Assembly: GCF_964204645.1 (NCBI RefSeq)
Contig: NC_134035.1
Location: 1,984,001-2,048,000 of the forward strand
Direction: 5' to 3'
Length of the DNA: 64,000 nt
From: Tubulanus polymorphus
Lineage: Eukaryota; Animalia; Nemertea
A program made the position numbers and the translations under genes. The notes beneath the pieces are model-generated. The model was not told where the DNA came from, searched no databases, and was given only the letters and a program-made list of their open reading frames with translations. Below, one piece after another: positions 14,901-24,269 of this stretch. Position 1 is the stretch's first letter; every line of letters begins with the position of its first letter.

Positions 14901-17900
14901 TGATGTAAGTTTGAACTATAAGTGAAAATAATTATAATGCATCAAATACACTGAATGTGTTGATCATTACTGACACGTCAATGAACAGGAAGACATACAG
15001 AATCCCTGAATCTCTCTGGTCCTACTGAGCTATTCACATGTAGAATCCCTGAATCTCTGGTCCTACCGAGCTATTCACATATAGAATCCCTGAATCTCTG
15101 GTCCTACCGAGCTATTCACATATAGAATCCCTGAATCTCTCTGGTCCTACCGAGCTATTCTGATACCGAATTCTCCAATCAGTAAGAAATCATTTAATGT
15201 TTCGATGATTTAATCAATGTTGATTGTTTTGTTTTTTCCAGAGAGACGAGATACCGCCGCTGAGGCGATCGCCGCGGCTGAGACGCCGAAGAGTAAGTTA
15301 TTAGAGCCCTTGCGCTGTCATATATTCAGGTGAAAACTACTCAAATTAGAGATATCAAATAGTCCGGTATTTTTAACCGTAATGATATGATCCAGTGCTC
15401 ACTATTAATACAATAAGAGATGCGCGAAAAAATATCGATGCTCTAATTTGACGACGACTTGTCGCACTTCTTGTTCACTTTCTGTCCCATTAGATTGTCT
15501 CACATACCTAAGCGGTGCCATCTGAAGGGATAGCTGGCGTGCCAGTTCCCTACTGTTCAAATTTCATTAAAGCGATGATGAAAGGATTATCCAATGGACC
15601 GGAACTGCTATACATAAACGCCGAATGTACTATAAAGAGAAATCAAGAAAAACTTTGAAATTGTGATTTCTTGGTTTGTTTGGAAACTTTGCGCTGCATT
15701 AGTTGAGCTCTTGAAATGCTCTTGTTTGCAGGCTCTCTTTCAGCTTTTGATTTCATATAGGGAATTGGCCCCATTATCTCTCTAATTACGATTCGTGTTA
15801 TCGAAACGCTAGTAAAAACTGCGTGAATTTTGACAAATTTTGTTGTTGTTTTCTTAAACCTTAACATCATGATTGTTATTATATTATAGGCAGAAAATGC
15901 AGCTGCCGCCCCCGCCGCCCCCGTCGATGCGACGGAAAATGGTAAGTCTACACATATTCATGATCCTATTTAGATATGTCCGTTTGTAGCCAGACATTTT
16001 TAGCAGAGCTGCCCAAACTGTTACTGATTTTCGGTATTTGTTACTATTTTATGACAAGAAATACTGAATTTGTCTCTGATTTGAACAGAAATATGAAAGA
16101 TGTTACTGAGCGCCTTACTGTTGATAACTGATGATTAATTTAGTTAACTGTAACTCACAACTGTGGAACTGGGTCCTGGATCCCGAGTTCAGAGTTAACT
16201 TTAACTCGTAACTGTAGAACTGGATCCTGAGTTCAGAGTTAAATCTAACTCATGTGTGGAACTGGATCCTGAGTTCAGAGTTAACTCTCGCAAATGTAGA
16301 ACTAGATTCTGAGTTCAGAGTTAACTCATTTGTGGAACTGGATCCAGCACGTTAAAATTCCCATAATCATGTCACTCCTGATGGAGTATGGCGGCAGTAT
16401 AACGGACTTTGACTGTATTGTCCACGTCGTAAAACTCCTATTGATCGTCCATGATTTAATGAAATACTAATAATTTTTCTCATTTATTTATTTTACAGTC
16501 ATCGAAGAGATAAGGCGGAATATCGCCGCGGATCCGCGGTACTTACTTAATTTTTTGACGCGATGTAAGTACAACTTTTTGCATTTATACTCTCTCTTTC
16601 CACTGATCACATCATTTTTCACATAATTCACACATAATTCCTGATTATTCCTGAAGATGACTATTAGGATATAGTCGAAACGTTGAAATAAACTACTATC
16701 TCGAAGTTTCATTTTCGGACTTTTTATTATCATTGTGGGATTCTCTCCTCATCGCGTCAACACGGATAAAGTGTTCTACCAATCGTGAACTTTCGCGTAT
16801 TGATAAAGCGATGAGTCGGCTACAGTTCAATCGGGAAGTGTCGACGAAATTGAAGCACGGTTATTGAGGAGTAACCACTAGCTGATCCTCGCTTGCCACA
16901 GTAACGCAGCCACTGCCTCATCAAGCCCCGGGTCTTATTGACGGTACATCCTAGAAATAATTGAAATCGAAAAACGAGATCATTGTTCCCCTTACAGAAT
17001 TCTGTATAACAAAAGCCTATTTATTTTCGTGCGGCGTCAACCATTTTCAGACACATCGTGAAATATCAGTAACTAATGATACACCGCGCCGTGGTGTAGA
17101 CGCACTGTAGTGCTATTCCCGTTATTCAACACACTTGGGTGGAATTTTTCAAAATTTTCAAATTATCTCCAGCACTATAGGGTATTGATCAGTCAGCACT
17201 GAAAGGGTTAATAAGATAAAAAACCAACTTTATTTACAAATTAAAAGAATTCTAAAATCGAGAATTTATTTATGGAAACAATCTAAAACATAAGAACACG
17301 ACGTTTCGATCTCACCCTAGAGATCATCGTCAGGTGTGAGATATTGACTAAAAACGGATTAATTATATATATAATTAGTAAGTAATTAGTGTTTGGCAAG
17401 GCATGAAGTAATATACTCCATATACCATATGTCGCTCATTGTTTTAAACACATACCGCATCAAATTTGGTTTAAATACGACCAGTGAAACCGCGCGGTCT
17501 GAATAAACCATCGTTTTTGCATCCATTTTACGCTGTTAATTGAAGCATTGCCAAAAAAGTCTTCTTGAACTGATTTGAATCAGAGAAAATAGACTGCATT
17601 TTATGAACTAGATCAATTTTAACAAGTTTCCATGCCTACCATTTAGAATTATTTTCAAATCATCATGAATCATGGTTTGCGGTTATGGCAGGGGTTCACC
17701 TGATGGTTAAGTGATGGTTCGCTGATGGTATAACACCTATTTATTTGTTCATGTGACTGAACAATACAATGATACAATGTTTAGTTACTTCTGTGCTGTA
17801 CTGTAGTAACCCTGTCCCGACAACCCCTAAACTCTCAACCAGCCCATCAATGTCACTCATCGAGACTGATATTGTATTCTTTCCGCATCCCACATTCTGC

Positions 17901-19341
17901 TGCATGATGATGTCACAAATTATTGGCAACCAATCACGCTTCAAGTGGAAAGTCAACCATTTTGTATTAATGAGATTACTAGCTACACTGGGTTCACTGT
18001 AAATCTACAAGGGCTGAGCCAGGATTTTTGGAAGGTTTACTGAAGGGCACATGAGCACTCGTGAAGGGATGAAAGGGGTCTTAAGTGTTTCTCTCCAGAA
18101 AATTTTGAAATTTTTTTGCCCGAGGCTATTCGATAGCCATCATCAGGGAATACTTGATATTTCTTTATAAAATGGAAAAAGAGAAATTCCTAAAATATCT
18201 TGAGGGCACCTCAAGATATTAAAGGCGGGGGACTGGATCCGCCCTTGATATATTAATTGTTTCTCCTGATTGTTAATGTATTTCTTTCTATTTTATATTT
18301 TACAGTGGAACCAATATTAATTGAGACGGTGGAGGATGGTCCGGAGGACGTGAAAGAGGCCATAGACCTCTTTCACTTGAACCTTGGTCCTGTCTTGGAT
18401 GACCAGCTGGCAGACCCCGTTCCAGCTGCTGCCTCCCCGGATAGGCGCCCTAGGCAGCGGACCCTCCGGCAGCCGCACCCTCTTGCACAGAGGTGGTCCC
18501 GTCGCGTGGACGGGCGGCTGTGGGAGGGGGAGTTACGGGAGGTAAGCATCATCTCAACATTAACTGTTTTTTTTATATTTCTCTCAGTTTTGATTTCGAA
18601 TGAATTTCTCTCACACGAACAGTTTTTATGAATCACTTATAATATCTTTTCTTTAATAATACTTTCATTTTCAGCGAGCCATCGTCATTTTTTTTTTTGC
18701 ATTATTTTCTAACCCTTTAGAATATTGTTTCCCAGATCGCGACGATTTATCTCTTTGTTTATATGTAATCAATTGTTTCATTATTTCAGCTCGGTTACTG
18801 ATCCGAAAATTTTCTGTAAAAAATCACTTTTCAACCGATCATTTAGTAAATGAATGTTTTCTTTTTTTTGCAGACGGGCACGCGCACCGCTCGGCATCGA
18901 AGACGACGCCGTCCGGCGGTTCGTCGCGGTGGTGTGGCGCCTCCCGAGGGGGAGCGACGCGGTGGCGGAGGGGAGGAGATCGACGTCGTGGTAGTTCCGG
19001 AGGTGGTGGAGGCGGTGCCGGTGCCGGAGCCGGTGCCGGAGCCGGAACCGGTGTTTGAACCGGTCCCGGAGCCGGAGCCGGAGCCGGAACCGGTAGAAGA
19101 GGAGATGGTCGTGGAGGTTGAGGAGGTAAGAGGGGTTCCTCCTGCCCCCGTGGAGCCGTTGGCCGCTGCCCCGGTTTCGGCGCTGGACAGAGTTCTGTCC
19201 AGCGACCGATGCCGCGCCGAAGTGCGGGTGGTGGCTCGCGGTTCCGTGGGACCGTGGGAGGAGCTTCTATCTTCGGATAGATCAAAGGCTCTTTTACATG
19301 ATTTAAAATCGGTCTTGTTTAGGCGTGGGTACAGGGAGTAG
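146..19341 (+). CDS. Multi-micro-exon gene (5'-truncated by the window), ~676 aa visible, predicted largely disordered, probably nuclear protein of unknown family
   Basis: 34 exons, each with a polypyrimidine tract+AG and a GT donor (mostly GTAAG): 146-202, 553-576, 733-762, 999-1025, 1462-1506, 1646-1669, 1884-1907, 2123-2155, 2504-2527, 2919-2963, 6323-6403, 6771-6890, 7642-7668, 7769-7795, 8025-8072, 8604-8651, 8945-8992, 9260-9295, 9588-9623, 9900-9926, 10190-10222, 10406-10438, 10865-10900, 11509-11535, 11673-11726, 12661-12693, 13499-13525, 13987-14028, 14863-14904, 15242-15292 (all phase 0, 3n long), then 15890-15941 (0/1), 16499-16564 (1/1), 18306-18541 (1/0), 18874-19341 (TAG). Joined length 2031 nt, one frame, no internal stop. 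Exons are generally GC-richer than the introns. Confidence 0.85.
3648..3838. repeat. 37-bp tandem minisatellite (GAGTTAAGAAxCAAGCCAACCGTATCGGTACGGTTTT) x~5
   Basis: Direct tandem copies visible in an intron. Confidence 0.9.
4240..4330 (-). mobile_element. tRNA-derived SINE head (degenerate)
   Basis: Minus strand A-box-like AGTGGCCAAGTGG and B-box-like GGTTCAAACCC; no convincing cloverleaf. Confidence 0.5.
4613..4887. mobile_element. MITE with TIR CATAGGCGTCCCC / GGGGACGCCTATG
   Basis: Perfect 13-bp terminal inverted repeats, no ORF. Confidence 0.75.
5374..5865. mobile_element. MITE (hAT-like CAG termini) with 6-bp TSD AATATA
   Basis: TIR CAGTGTTGCCACT / AGTGGCAACTCTG; AATATA at 5368-5373 and 5866-5871; an un-inserted copy of the flank at ~4931-4986 has a single AATATA. 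Confidence 0.85.
6323..6403 (+). CDS. Exon EIETVFELKLGTSLRASFQKTLTRKHP (first half of putative KH-like fold)
   Basis: tttatatttcAG acceptor, GTAATG donor, 81 nt, phase 0. Confidence 0.75.
6771..6890 (+). CDS. Exon QVIVDTPRVHAIVVVRGPKVAVDNCYEYAHELRDRLVAQE (second half of putative KH-like fold)
   Basis: ctctatttacAG acceptor, GAG|GTAAGA donor, 120 nt, phase 0; overlaps ORF 6774-6956. Confidence 0.85.
7642..10222 (+). CDS. Micro-exon cluster 2 (9 exons): TLKEKRKME / RERKKKALE / QTKAAAAAAAKTAAAF / QKPKTTAAVAAAVPAR / TKPTAAATAAAAIPAR / QKPTTTAAIPAR / TKPTAAAAIPAR / KPTAAAPKE / CKQTTITTTKE
   Basis: 27-48 nt phase-0 exons, all AG...GTAAG. A ~650-bp two-exon unit is tandemly repeated across ~8450-9900. 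Confidence 0.8.
10406..15941 (+). CDS. Micro-exon cluster 3 (10 exons): VTRKRRRSVDE / QPVSPPKCRREE / DINLFDDLW / NDDFPEPPPPEPEAPTII / ESEIARIVQID / KRKLEVPAS / DPVSPKRARVGPVK / TETPATPPPPPQAD / RDEIPPLRRSPRLRRRR / AENAAAAPAAPVDATEN
   Basis: 27-54 nt exons in AT-rich introns with canonical splice sites; nine phase 0, the last ends in phase 1. Confidence 0.8.
11048..11245. mobile_element. MITE with TIR CAGAGTTGCCAACC / GGTTGGCAGCCCTG; partial second copy at ~16004-16135
   Basis: Imperfect TIRs; internal CTGATTTTCGGTATTTGTTACT...ATGACAAGAAATACTGA shared with the 16 kb copy. Confidence 0.7.
13556..13658. repeat. 20-bp tandem repeat (CTCCGTCTGT[CC/GT]GCCTGTCT)
   Basis: ~5 copies; source of spurious ORFs 13480-13857. 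Confidence 0.9.
14998..15160. repeat. 39-41-bp tandem repeat (AGAATCCCTGAATCTCTGGTCCTACCGAGCTATTCACATAT) x4
   Basis: Direct copies; inverted copies at ~24760-24870. Confidence 0.9.
16499..16564 (+). CDS. Exon (V)IEEIRRNIAADPRYLLNFLTR
   Basis: ttattttacAG / GTAAGT, phase 1-1, compatible with both neighbours; inverted paralog at ~24341-24406 shows synonymous changes. Confidence 0.8.
18008..18247. mobile_element. MITE-like element with CAAGGGC...GCCCTTG termini
   Basis: Imperfect TIR CAAGGGCTGAGCCAG / CTGGATCCGCCCTTG; no clear TSD. Confidence 0.55.
18306..18541 (+). CDS. Penultimate exon (L)EPILIETVEDGPEDVKEAIDLFHLNLG...RWSRRVDGRLWEGELRE
   Basis: ttttacAG / GAG|GTAAGC, GC-rich, within ORF 18257-18631. 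Confidence 0.85.
18874..19341 (+). CDS. Terminal coding exon: Arg-rich, then Glu/Pro/Val-rich (PEPEP) tail, ending ...LKSVLFRRGYRE*
   Basis: ttttttgcAG acceptor, strongly GC-rich, ORF 18850-19341, TAG stop. Confidence 0.85.
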   Translation, partial: TGTRTARHRRRRRPAVRRGGVAPPEGERRGGGGEEIDVVVVPEVVEAVPVPEPVPEPEPVFEPVPEPEPEPEPVEEEMVVEVEEVRGVPPAPVEPLAAAPVSALDRVLSSDRCRAEVRVVARGSVGPWEELLSSDRSKALLHDLKSVLFRRGYRE

Positions 19342-19479
19342 ATGAATCGTAAATGATCCAGTAACGAGGTAGGCTTGTTTGTTCACTGCTTCACTGGGTC
19401 ATTTACGATTCAACTGCTTCCTGTATCCGGGTAATCAGCAGTTCAACGAAACAGTTTTTTTCATCGGTCATGGTAGTCA

Positions 19480-20505
19480 GTTAATCAGCAGTAGTAGTGT
19501 AGTCATTCAGTCAAGTTACGCAGTCATACTAGTCATTTTTTGGTTAGTAGTAGTCACTAATTTGTAGTCAGTGACTCGTAGTAGTCATTTTGTCATTAAT
19601 AGTAATAGTATTGGTGACTCTGTAGCAGTCACTCAATCACAGTAGTCATGATCAGTAGTAGTCAGTAAGTCTTTATAAGTCAGTTGTAGTAGTCATTTTT
19701 TGGTTAATAGAAGTCACTAATTTGTAGCCAGTGACTCGTGGTAGTCATTTTGTCATTAATAGTAATAGTATTGGTGACTCTGTAGCAGTCACTCAATCAC
19801 AGCAGTCATGATCAGTAGTAGTCAGTAAGTCTTTATAAGTCAGTTGTAGTAGTCATTTTTTGGTTAGTAGTAGTCACTAAGTTGTCAGTGACTCGTAGTA
19901 GTCATTTTGTCATTAATAGTAATAGTATTGGTGACTCTGTAGCAGTCACTCAATCACAGTAGTCATGATCAGTAGTAGTCAGTAAGTCTTTATAAGTCAG
20001 TTGTAGTAGTCATTTTTTGGTTAATAGAAGTCACTTATTTGTAGGCAGTGACTCGTAGTAGTCATTTTGTCATTAATAGTAATAGTATTGGTGACTCTGT
20101 AGCAGTCACTCAATCACAGCAGTCATGATCAGTAGTAGTCAGTAAGTCTTTATAAGTCAGTTGTAGTAGTCATTTTTTGGTTAGTAGTAGTCACTAATTT
20201 GTAGTCAGTGACTCGTAGTAGTCATTTTGACATTAATAGTAATAGTATTTGTGACTCTGTAGCAGTCACTCAATCACAACAGTCATGATCAGTAGTAGTC
20301 AGTAAGTCTTTATAAGTCAGTTGTAGTAGTCATTTTTTGGTTAATAGTAGTCACTAAGTTGTAGTCAGTGACTCGTAGCAGTCATTTTGTCATTAATAGT
20401 AATAGTATTTGTGACTCTGTAGCAGTCACTCAATCACAGCAGTCATGATCAGTTGTAGTCAGTAAGTCTTTGTCAGTCAGTGACTCGGTCGTAGTAGTCA
20501 GTTGA
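19480..20505. repeat. ~160-bp tandem repeat x~6 built from AGTAGTCA sub-motifs, just 3' of the stop codon
   Basis: Landmark AGTCATTTTTTGGTTA recurs at ~19531, 19691, 19851, 20008, 20168, 20328. Confidence 0.92.
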
Positions 20506-20869
20506 AAGTCGATCAGTCGATAAATTGATAATCAGCTCAATTGAGTTCAGATTATTCGAAAAACCGTCGATCGATATCTCGGCATTTTTTTAAACCGATT
20601 TTTTCTAAAACAATATTTTGCGTGTCAAACGTTTTTTCGACGTGTTCGCCTCGTCGATATTTTCTAATTTTCAACAATTTGAGTAAAAATTACTCTTTGC
20701 GAAAATTGCGGTCAATTTTCCAAGTGCAGATACTATAAGGTACAGGTGCAGATCCTTTTAGGTACAGGTGCAGATGCTCTCAGGTACAGGTGCAGATCCT
20801 TTTAGGTGCAGGTGCTGTTAGGTGCTTGGTACATATGTATTCAGGTACTAAGTATGCATATGACCAGTT

Positions 20870-21190
20870 GTACACATGGCTGGGTGTGCGCATGGCTGGA
20901 TGTACACATGGCTGGGTGTGCACATGACTAGGTGTGCACATGACTGGATGTACACATGACTAGGTATATACGTGGCTAGGTATTCTTGTGACTAGTCAGA
21001 CTCTGTATTCTGTTTTACTAGTTGCTATCATTGTTTCTATGGTTGGGCTACCTCTCGGAGTTACTAGTCATATCTCGATATGAATCGTACGGTGCTGGGT
21101 TTATGGCCGCAGATCCGGGCCTTCCGGAGATAAACTCGCACAAAACATACATCCCATTCTTCCACAGCTGGCAATGGCGTATTTCCGTCG
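20870..21190 (-). repeat. Left arm of a diverged inverted duplication (right arm ~23280-23650), including 16-18-bp CATG-rich tandem repeats
   Basis: Reverse complement CCGTACGATTCATATCGAGATATGACTAGTAACTCCGAGAGG...GAAACAATGATAGCAACTAGTAAAACA...TCTGACTAGTCAC aligns by eye with 23370-23480. Confidence 0.75.
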
Positions 21191-22789
21191 GAAGTGACGG
21201 AATAGGAGGTATAAAATCTCCCGAGGCTGTAGCACGAGGCATAAGACCTCCCGAGGCTGCAGTAGGAGGTCCTCCCGAGGTTGCAGGAGGGTGGTCATGT
21301 ACCCTCCTAGCGAGCGCAGGATGTGCACTAACCCCCCTGGCTCGCTGTGCCGAGATCTTGGCCCCCCTCTTCCTACCTTTTTTTTATAGTTTAGGTTTAG
21401 TGATAGTTTAGGCTTTATTATTACAATTTTAAGGAGTTCGGTTTTTTTTCTTTTTTTTTCTTATCTAACATAAGTCTTATATTTTTCTGTCTGTGGTAGA
21501 TTTTTCGGGATAATTTTCTTTTGAACGCATGCCTCGAGTTTGGTCTTGATATGATAGTGAAACGGTGCTGTCTAAATGAACTAGCTTTTATATCCATTTT
21601 ATGCTGTATTGAAAGATAGAAAAAGAATCTACTCTAGTTGAATAAGAGACAAGAGACTCCATTTTTTTCATTTCTAACAATGTGTTTCCAATTTTTTCAA
21701 GCCGACAAATTATAATTTTGATCATTTGGAAAATATTTCAGTATTTAGGCGTGAAAGGTGTAGGCTAATTTCTGAACTTAATTTATTTTTGATTTATTTA
21801 AAAAAAATTGAGTCTATTGTTCTCCCTATTAGACTTGTTGACAATTCTTCGATACAGTGTAAAATGGATTATAAGAAACAATGTTTTATTCACAGTACGC
21901 AGTTTCACTTGTCGTTTAAGCCCAAGTTGAGGCAAGTGTTCAAATGATTCAAGGAAATATCCGAAAAAATCGATCCCAGACAAAATATATTAGGTTAAAT
22001 TAGGTTTAACTTAGGCAAAATTCTAGGCAAAATTTTTTCTGCGTCGGGAACTACTGAGAATGTTTTGATATTTTAGAAAATTTTTGAAATAATCATTATT
22101 AAGATTGGTCTTCTTTTGTTTTTTCTCAGAAGAACGTAATTGAAAATTTGAAATAGATTTGGAGTTTGGATTTCATAACAATTCGTGATGTTTCGATCCT
22201 AGGCAAAGTTAAACAAAAACGTTTGGAAACTCGTTTAAGGAGTTGATACTTTTTTGTGAATCCATTAATTGAATGAAATATTCGAAATTAATTTCAACGT
22301 TTCAATTACGAAGCTTCTCTTAGTATGTGTGTGCGTGTGTGTGTGTGAATGTTGTATACAGTGAATGTTGGTTCTGTTTTTGCGAGAATGATTGTTAGTT
22401 CTTCACGCGTGTCGTCTGAACCCATTAAACCCTGGGATGGGGTGTAGGGACATGGTTGAGGATGGGTTCGGGTTGTGGGGGTGGTTGGTATTCCTATGTG
22501 GGCCCAGTTTCACGAAGATATTCAGTTTAGGATTGAGTTAGAACCAATCATTGTCAAATTATACTCCGTGAAACTGGGTTCGTTGCTCTTTAGACCATTC
22601 TTAAAAATCATATAGCAAAAATATTCAAAATTTGTCACAATATTTTCAGAAATTCCTGATTTTTTTCCAAACACTTTTTTAGGTATTTCGTTTTCTTAGA
22701 CTTTTTTTTGTAGGCCCTCCCCATTTATCTTGGCACGTAAATTCTTGGTATTTTCACTTAGTATAACTGGATATTGCATCCCTAGTTTT

Positions 22790-23200
22790 GGCTCCCTCTT
22801 TCCTCTACCCTCTACCCTGCTCCTCCTCTCTCTTCTTTTCCTCCTCCCTTCCACGTTTCTTGCCTCTCTCCTTTACCACCCTCTCCTTACCCTAACCCTC
22901 TTCCTCTCATCCTCTCCCATACCTGATCCTCCCTCCCTTTCCTCTTCACATCCTCTTCCCTACCCTGCCCTAATCTCTTCTCTCTATGCTCTGCCCTCCT
23001 CTTTCACTTCCTCTTGTCCTCCCTCCCTGCATCCCTCCCTCCCTCCCTCCCTGCATCCCTCCCTCATATCCTCTTCTCTTTATACTCTGCCCTCCTCCTT
23101 ACCTCTTTTCTATCTCCCTCTTACTCCCATTTCTGCTCCCCTCCCAAATTCTCCCATAGTCCTGCCCTATTCCCTCCCTGGTCTACCCACTCCCCTCTAA
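22790..23200. repeat. Polypyrimidine (C/T-rich) low-complexity tract
   Basis: Strongly C/T biased; ORFs 22730-23200 and 23014-23211 are compositional artefacts. Confidence 0.85.
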
Positions 23201-23741
23201 ATTGTTGCTGAGCTTTTACTCAGGTCCACGTTGCCGGTGCAGATATCAAGAATTTACGCCCAACACGCGCCGCGAGCACGCATTCAGCCAGCAATATGGG
23301 AAGATGTAAGAGGGTTTTCAAAAGCGGGTATTCTGGTTGGTCTGGATATGGTCATCTTCCTGGTTAGACCGCTACGATTCACGGGATATGTCCAGTAACT
23401 CCCCAGAGGTTTCTCCAACCCTCTGGAAACAATGATAACAACTATTAAAACACGAATGCAGTCTCTGACTAGTCACCTGAATACTTAGTCATGTGTGTAT
23501 CTAGTCATGTGTGTATCTAGTCATGTGTATGTCTAGTCATGTGTATGTCTAGTCATGTGTATGTCTAGGCATGTGTATGTCTAGGTTTGTGTATGTCTAG
23601 TTATGTGTATGTCTAGTTATGTGTATATTTAGTCACATGTATACTAAGTTATTCTTATAAAGGTACATTCTCAAATTATAGACACCAAATTATTTTTTCG
23701 ATTTTTGCTATGCATCCGTTTACGATGTGCGGATTATACCG

Positions 23742-24060
23742 TATGGTTCCCACAGAACAGGGAAATTGGGAAAAACTTGGGAATTTTGTAATAATAATTC
23801 CCGGTTTGGAAATATTTGGGAATTTGAAAAATTTTCCTTATATCAGGAAAATACTTGGGAAATTCATTATATTTCACATGTTGCATTTGCCAAGGGCAAC
23901 TTTCTTCAGCAATTTCCCTTGAAAATCACCTTTATCAACCAGTCACCGCTAAAATGTTGACTGTTGCATGACGATATGTGTTCATTGCCATTTGGGAAAA
24001 TTGAAAAATCACCCATGAAATACTTGGGAATTCTGAATTCATATAACTGAGGGAACCGTG
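23742..24060. mobile_element. MITE with 6-bp TSD ATACCG
   Basis: TIR TATGGTTCCCACA / TGAGGGAACCGTG; ATACCG at 23736-23741 and 24061-24066. Confidence 0.8.
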
Positions 24061-24269
24061 ATACCGGCATGAAAATGTTTTTTGCTTCTCACTCTCAAGT
24101 TTTGTCAGTATTTGAGATAATTTAGGATTTCTTTTGATACATAATCTTCTGATTATCGGTCGAACAGGAAAGTGTAATTGATAACGGATAGAGCGAGATA
24201 GTTTTACACCATTACAGCCAGTACTTTATTCAATATACGTTGAGGATATTTATCTCAACACGAGCGGGG

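Noticed and set aside
18839-19285. Minus-strand Pro-rich 148-aa ORF
   Set aside because: Antisense shadow of the GC-rich terminal exon; splice signals and frame continuity support the + strand.
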